DNA from: an uncultured delta proteobacterium
GTDB taxonomy: Bacteria; Myxococcota_A; Polyangia; Polyangiales; Polyangiaceae
Reading direction: 5' to 3'
DNA: 64,000 nt
Assembly: GCA_963806225.1 (NCBI GenBank)
Contig: CAWDXG010000004.1
Span: 5,280,001 to 5,344,000, forward strand
In this document: positions 60,185 through 64,000 of the stretch, one piece after another
Layout of the letters: every line of letters begins with the position of its first letter
How positions within the stretch are numbered: the stretch's first letter is position 1
Made by a program: the position numbers and the translations under genes
The notes under the pieces: generated by a model
Told to the model about the DNA's origin: nothing
Databases searched by the model: none
The model's input: the letters and a program-made list of their open reading frames with translations, nothing else

Positions 60185-60985
60185 CTACGCCGGCTCCAGG
60201 CCACCCGGGATCTTCATCGGCCAGTTGGAGGCGATGGTGCCGCCGTCGATCTCGAGCACCTTGCCGGTGACCCACGAGGCGGCAGGCGAGGCGAGGTAGA
60301 GCACGGCCAGGGCGATGTCCTCCGGCGCGCCCAGGCGCTGCATCGGCGTCATCTGCTCCATCTGGCGCTTGAGATCGTCCATGGCGACGACCAGCTCGAG
60401 GGCGTCGGTCAGCGTCGCGCCGGCCGCGACGGCGTTGACGCGCACCTTCGGCGCCCACTCACAGGCGAGCAGCCGCGTCATGTGGTTCAGCGCGGCCTTG
60501 GCGGCGCCGTACGCCACGAAGCCGGAGTCGACCAGATGCGACATCGCCGACGAGACGTTGACGATGTTGCCGTGCTTCGACGCGGCCAGGTGCGGCGCCG
60601 CGACGCGCGCCAGGTGCAGCGGAGCGGTCACGTTGAAGTGATACGACGCTTCCAGCTCCTGATCAGTGAGGCCCAGGGCGATGGTCGGCGGGTAGCCGCC
60701 GGCGTTGTTGACCACGATGTCCAGGCGGCCGAGCTCGTCGAGCGTGCGCGAAACCAGCCGATCGAGCTGCTCGCCGTCGGTCACGTCCGTCGGGACGGCG
60801 AGCGCGCGGCGGCCCAGGGCGTGGACCGCGGCGGCGACCTCCTCGATCACCTCGGCGCGCCGCGCGGCCACGACCACGTCGGCTCCGGCTTCGGCGAAAG
60901 CAAGGCACACGGCGCGGCCGATGCCGCGTCCGCCGCCCGTTACGATGGCGACCTGGTCGGTGAGCTGGAAGCGTTCGAGGATCAT
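60185..60985 (-). CDS. SDR family oxidoreductase (7-alpha-HSDH-like)
   Basis: TGGGRGIG, NNAGG, YGAAK; ATGA-coupled to the DUF1295 gene. Confidence 0.9.
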   Translation of the reverse strand: MILERFQLTDQVAIVTGGGRGIGRAVCLAFAEAGADVVVAARRAEVIEEVAAAVHALGRRALAVPTDVTDGEQLDRLVSRTLDELGRLDIVVNNAGGYPPTIALGLTDQELEASYHFNVTAPLHLARVAAPHLAASKHGNIVNVSSAMSHLVDSGFVAYGAAKAALNHMTRLLACEWAPKVRVNAVAAGATLTDALELVVAMDDLKRQMEQMTPMQRLGAPEDIALAVLYLASPAASWVTGKVLEIDGGTIASNWPMKIPGGLEPA

Positions 60986-61860
60986 GGGGCGTCTCCTGGC
61001 GGCCACGGCAGCAGGCGCGATACGCGCCGTCTGTGTGCGGCGAACCCCGGCCGCGACGCGGCCAGGTGTTTTTCCATCATCGGGATACTGATCATGTTGA
61101 AGAGCAGCGTCATGGCGATAGGGCCTGCCACGCACCAGAGCGCGTGCCGGTCGGCGCCCAGCGAAAGCAGGCAGAGGCCCCACCAGAACATCAGCTCGCC
61201 GAAGTAGTTCGGATGGCGCGACCAGGACCAGACGCCGCGTTCGCAGATCGCACCTGGCTCACGCGGCGAGGTCACGAACGCGCGCAGCTGCCGGTCGGCA
61301 ACCGCCTCGATCAACGTCGCCCCCCCGGCGACGAACGCGCCGGCCAGGTCGAAAGCGCCGAGCGGAGCCGGCCGGGTGACCGCCACGACAATCGACCAGC
61401 TGCCGAGCCACACCAGGAGCGCGGGGAACAGGTGGATGCCGAGCAGGCTCACCAGCCAGTACGCCGCGCCGCTCTTTTCGCGCAGGTCCACGTAGCGGAA
61501 GTCCTCGTGCGCCGCACCGCGCCATTGCCGGATCCAGTTCCAGGTCAGTCGCAGGCCCCACGCCGAGACGAGCGCGATCACCAGCCAGGCGCGCGCGCCC
61601 GGACGCGGCGCCTGGGCGAGCAGCCACGCCGCGCTGGCGACGGGTGCCACGCTCCAGTACGGGTCGAAGGCGCTGGAATTGTCCAGCGCGACGCTGCACG
61701 AAAACACGACGACCGTGGCTGCCAGGCTTGCCGCGCCGAGCTGCCGGAACAGGCCCGTGTCGCTTGGCAGCCCACGGAGCACAAGCGCCGCGGTTCCAAG
61801 CGACAGCGCGTAGACCGCTGCCACGACGGCGAGCGCGGCAGGGCGCGGGATCGAGGCCAT
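60982..61860 (-). CDS. DUF1295 / steroid 5-alpha-reductase-like membrane protein
   Basis: NSS-x2-DPYWS, WGLRL, EDFRY, ADRQL, WSRHPNYFGE. Confidence 0.88.
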   Translation of the reverse strand: MASIPRPAALAVVAAVYALSLGTAALVLRGLPSDTGLFRQLGAASLAATVVVFSCSVALDNSSAFDPYWSVAPVASAAWLLAQAPRPGARAWLVIALVSAWGLRLTWNWIRQWRGAAHEDFRYVDLREKSGAAYWLVSLLGIHLFPALLVWLGSWSIVVAVTRPAPLGAFDLAGAFVAGGATLIEAVADRQLRAFVTSPREPGAICERGVWSWSRHPNYFGELMFWWGLCLLSLGADRHALWCVAGPIAMTLLFNMISIPMMEKHLAASRPGFAAHRRRVSRLLPWPPGDAP

Positions 61861-61925
61861 CCGGGGCACGCGCCCGACCCTAACGCACTCTTGCCGCCCG
61901 GAAGGGACCGAAGTACGCAAGCTGG

Positions 61926-62390
61926 ATGGAAGGACTGCCGAAGACGGTTGCCGAGGTGATGACGCGCAAGGTCGTGACCATCGGCGAGAACGACACGCTC
62001 GAGAAGCTGGAAGAAGGCATGACCCGCTTCCACTTCCGCCACCTGCCGGTTGTCGAGGGCGGCAAGCTCGTGGGGCTCGTGACCCACCGCGATCTGCTGC
62101 ACGCCTCTTCGAGCTTCCTTTCGGAAGCGGCCGACGCGCGCAACGCGATCATCCGCAAGCAGCCTGCCAAGAAGATCATGCACACCGACGTGGTTACGGT
62201 CGGCGCCGAGGACTCGCTGCTCGAGGCCGCCACGCTGATGTGGGACGCCAAGCTCGGCTGTCTGCCCGTGGTGGACGACGACCAGAAGGTGATCGGCATC
62301 CTCACCGAGGCCGACTTCCTCAAGCTGACCATCCACCTGCTGGGTGGCGGTGGTCGCCCCCCGCCCCCGAGCAGCGTCAGCCACGGCTGA
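61926..62390 (+). CDS. CBS domain pair protein
   Basis: RHLPVV...GLVTHRD and GCLPVV...GILTEAD. Confidence 0.9.
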   Translation: MEGLPKTVAEVMTRKVVTIGENDTLEKLEEGMTRFHFRHLPVVEGGKLVGLVTHRDLLHASSSFLSEAADARNAIIRKQPAKKIMHTDVVTVGAEDSLLEAATLMWDAKLGCLPVVDDDQKVIGILTEADFLKLTIHLLGGGGRPPPPSSVSHG

Positions 62391-62498
62391 GCCACTGCGC
62401 ACTTTGTGCGCCATCGCGATGTCAACGCGGGGTTACCCCCGCCGCGCGAGCCGCGCGGAGTGCGGCCCGGCACAGCTCATGCAGGTTGGGGCGGTGTG

Positions 62499-63461
62499 AT
62501 GAATGCACGCCTGAGCGCTGTTGCCTTTGCCGTCGCTGTCTTCGCTGTCGCTGGAGTCGCCGCCGCCCAGGAACAGGCCCCCGGGCTCACGCTGGCCACC
62601 GGCGCCGACGCCGGAACGGCGGCCAACGAAACGCCGCCTCCGCCGGTGCACGTCGTGGTCGGTTGCGAGGCGCCGTGCCCCGCGCTGCCTCGTCACCAGG
62701 ACGAGTTCCGCACCTTCGGGCTGCGCGTGAGCGAGACCCACGTGAAGATCGCCAACGACTCCACGACCTCGCTCGGCGTGCTTCTGGCGTTCGACCATCA
62801 CCAGTACACGACGACCGGGTTCTTCACGACGCGCTCGCTCGACTTCGGCTTCATCGGTGGCGGCTCGGGCGGCTTCGAGGGCGGGCTCGGCGGCGACTTC
62901 GCGTTTGGCGTGCGCGTGCCGCTCGGCGAGGCGCATGGTCCGTTCGCCCGGCTTGGCTTCAAGGGCTACCTCTACGGCAACGACGACCTGTACAGCTCGA
63001 TCCTGGAGCTGCCCACCGGTCAGCTCGGCTACCAGATCCTTGTCGGTCATCGGCTCTTGTTGGAGCTGGCGGCGGACGCTGCGCCGGTGCTGGTGGGCCG
63101 CTACAACGTCGGAGACGCCCGACCTCGCAAGCTGGGAAAGTCGTTCGACTACGGCGGCCATCTCGGTTTCCGCGCCGGTGGCGTGCATCTGGAGCTGGCC
63201 TTCTCGCGCATCGATCGCGGGCGCGACTCCGCGCTGGATCCGCTCGACGTGTTCCGTGGCGAGCTCTGCGCCGCGGCGTGGCCGATCGCTCTGTGTGCCG
63301 ACGGCCGGGCCTACCACGGGCCCGTGTTCGTTCCCCGCGCCGGCGGAGACGCGATCGGCACCACGCAGAGCTACTACCTCGGCGCCCACTTCGGCGTACT
63401 CACCGAGAGCCGCGACAACCGCTGGCGTCGCGACGAGCGGCGGCGCCAGCGTGCAAGGTAG
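62499..63461 (+). CDS. Putative outer-membrane beta-barrel protein
   Basis: Signal peptide ending AAA-Q; Gly/aromatic-rich amphipathic strands. Confidence 0.6.
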   Translation: MNARLSAVAFAVAVFAVAGVAAAQEQAPGLTLATGADAGTAANETPPPPVHVVVGCEAPCPALPRHQDEFRTFGLRVSETHVKIANDSTTSLGVLLAFDHHQYTTTGFFTTRSLDFGFIGGGSGGFEGGLGGDFAFGVRVPLGEAHGPFARLGFKGYLYGNDDLYSSILELPTGQLGYQILVGHRLLLELAADAAPVLVGRYNVGDARPRKLGKSFDYGGHLGFRAGGVHLELAFSRIDRGRDSALDPLDVFRGELCAAAWPIALCADGRAYHGPVFVPRAGGDAIGTTQSYYLGAHFGVLTESRDNRWRRDERRRQRAR

Positions 63462-63929
63462 CTAGCTTGACACCTTCGCCGCTAGATTCGCGAGAAAGCC
63501 CTCCACCAGATCTGCGAACACCGAGCGCACGAAGGGCGGCACGGCGAGGCGGAAGGCGAGGGGAACGCGGATCCCGCCGATGGTGCCCGCGATCGAGAGC
63601 GTGATATCGATGCGATCGCCGTGGTCGACGGTGAGCCAGCGCCCGCGGATGAGCGAGTTGCCCTCGCCGGTGATGGGCGTCCATTCCACCACGCCGCGGT
63701 CGATGTCCACGCTGAACGCCGTCGAATAGCGGACGACGTGCGAGATGCCCACCGGCTTGAAGCCGATCGGTTCGAGCTGCCACAGGTACTGGCGCTCGCC
63801 GATCGGCGTCAGCTTCTCCAGCTTCGGGAAAAGCCACAGCGTGCCTTCCAGGTCGAGCATCCGCTCCCTGGCGCGGGCGAAAGGCACGGCGACGGTCTCG
63901 CTCCGCTCGATGTCCACATCCACGTCCAC
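63462..63929 (-). CDS. SRPBCC/CoxG-like protein
   Basis: START-fold-like pattern with C-terminal amphipathic helix; GTG start. Confidence 0.6.
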   Translation of the reverse strand: MDVDVDIERSETVAVPFARARERMLDLEGTLWLFPKLEKLTPIGERQYLWQLEPIGFKPVGISHVVRYSTAFSVDIDRGVVEWTPITGEGNSLIRGRWLTVDHGDRIDITLSIAGTIGGIRVPLAFRLAVPPFVRSVFADLVEGFLANLAAKVSS

Positions 63930-64000
63930 CTTGCAGAGCGTAGCGCCTCATGGCGGATGCTGTCTGCGCCACCGGGGCCCGTCATCCATCGCGCCGAGCG

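Noticed and set aside
57165..60299. Long antisense or alternative-frame ORFs (also 48482-51139 upstream part, 15452-17644, 42838-45078, 40893-42743)
   Set aside because: Shadow ORFs expected at this GC content: Arg/Ala/Pro-rich, motif-free and overlapping well-supported genes.

Overview
A 64-kb stretch of a very GC-rich bacterial chromosome. Gene content points to a myxobacterium, probably Polyangiaceae-like (inference): many Cys-rich lipoproteins with Gly/Ser/Thr tethers, a Hanks kinase-PEGA-FGE fusion, and PilZ and vWA proteins. About 55 protein-coding genes are supported. I found no rRNA, tRNA, CRISPR array, integrase, transposase or reverse transcriptase. Recognisable genes include an ABC-F ATPase, two tandem DUF1566 lipoproteins, two HExxH lipoproteins, a GMC oxidoreductase pair, a flavin-dependent halogenase-like gene, a VIT-vWA/GlyGly-CTERM protein with its rhombosortase, an SDR plus QueA-like pair, an ABC exporter, an IorAB-type molybdoenzyme with a diheme cytochrome, a SPASM radical SAM enzyme and a YncE/phosphoesterase fusion. 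The most unusual element is a cobalamin-binding radical SAM gene (32633-34517, minus). Its C-terminus carries an internal lipoprotein-signal-like segment followed by repeated PPDP(L/P)PPP motifs, a candidate enzyme-fused, exported self-substrate. Four genes have single-base frameshifts and the kinase has an in-frame TGA, so assembly errors are likely and gene-disruption calls need caution. All family names come from motif recognition by eye, not database searches.
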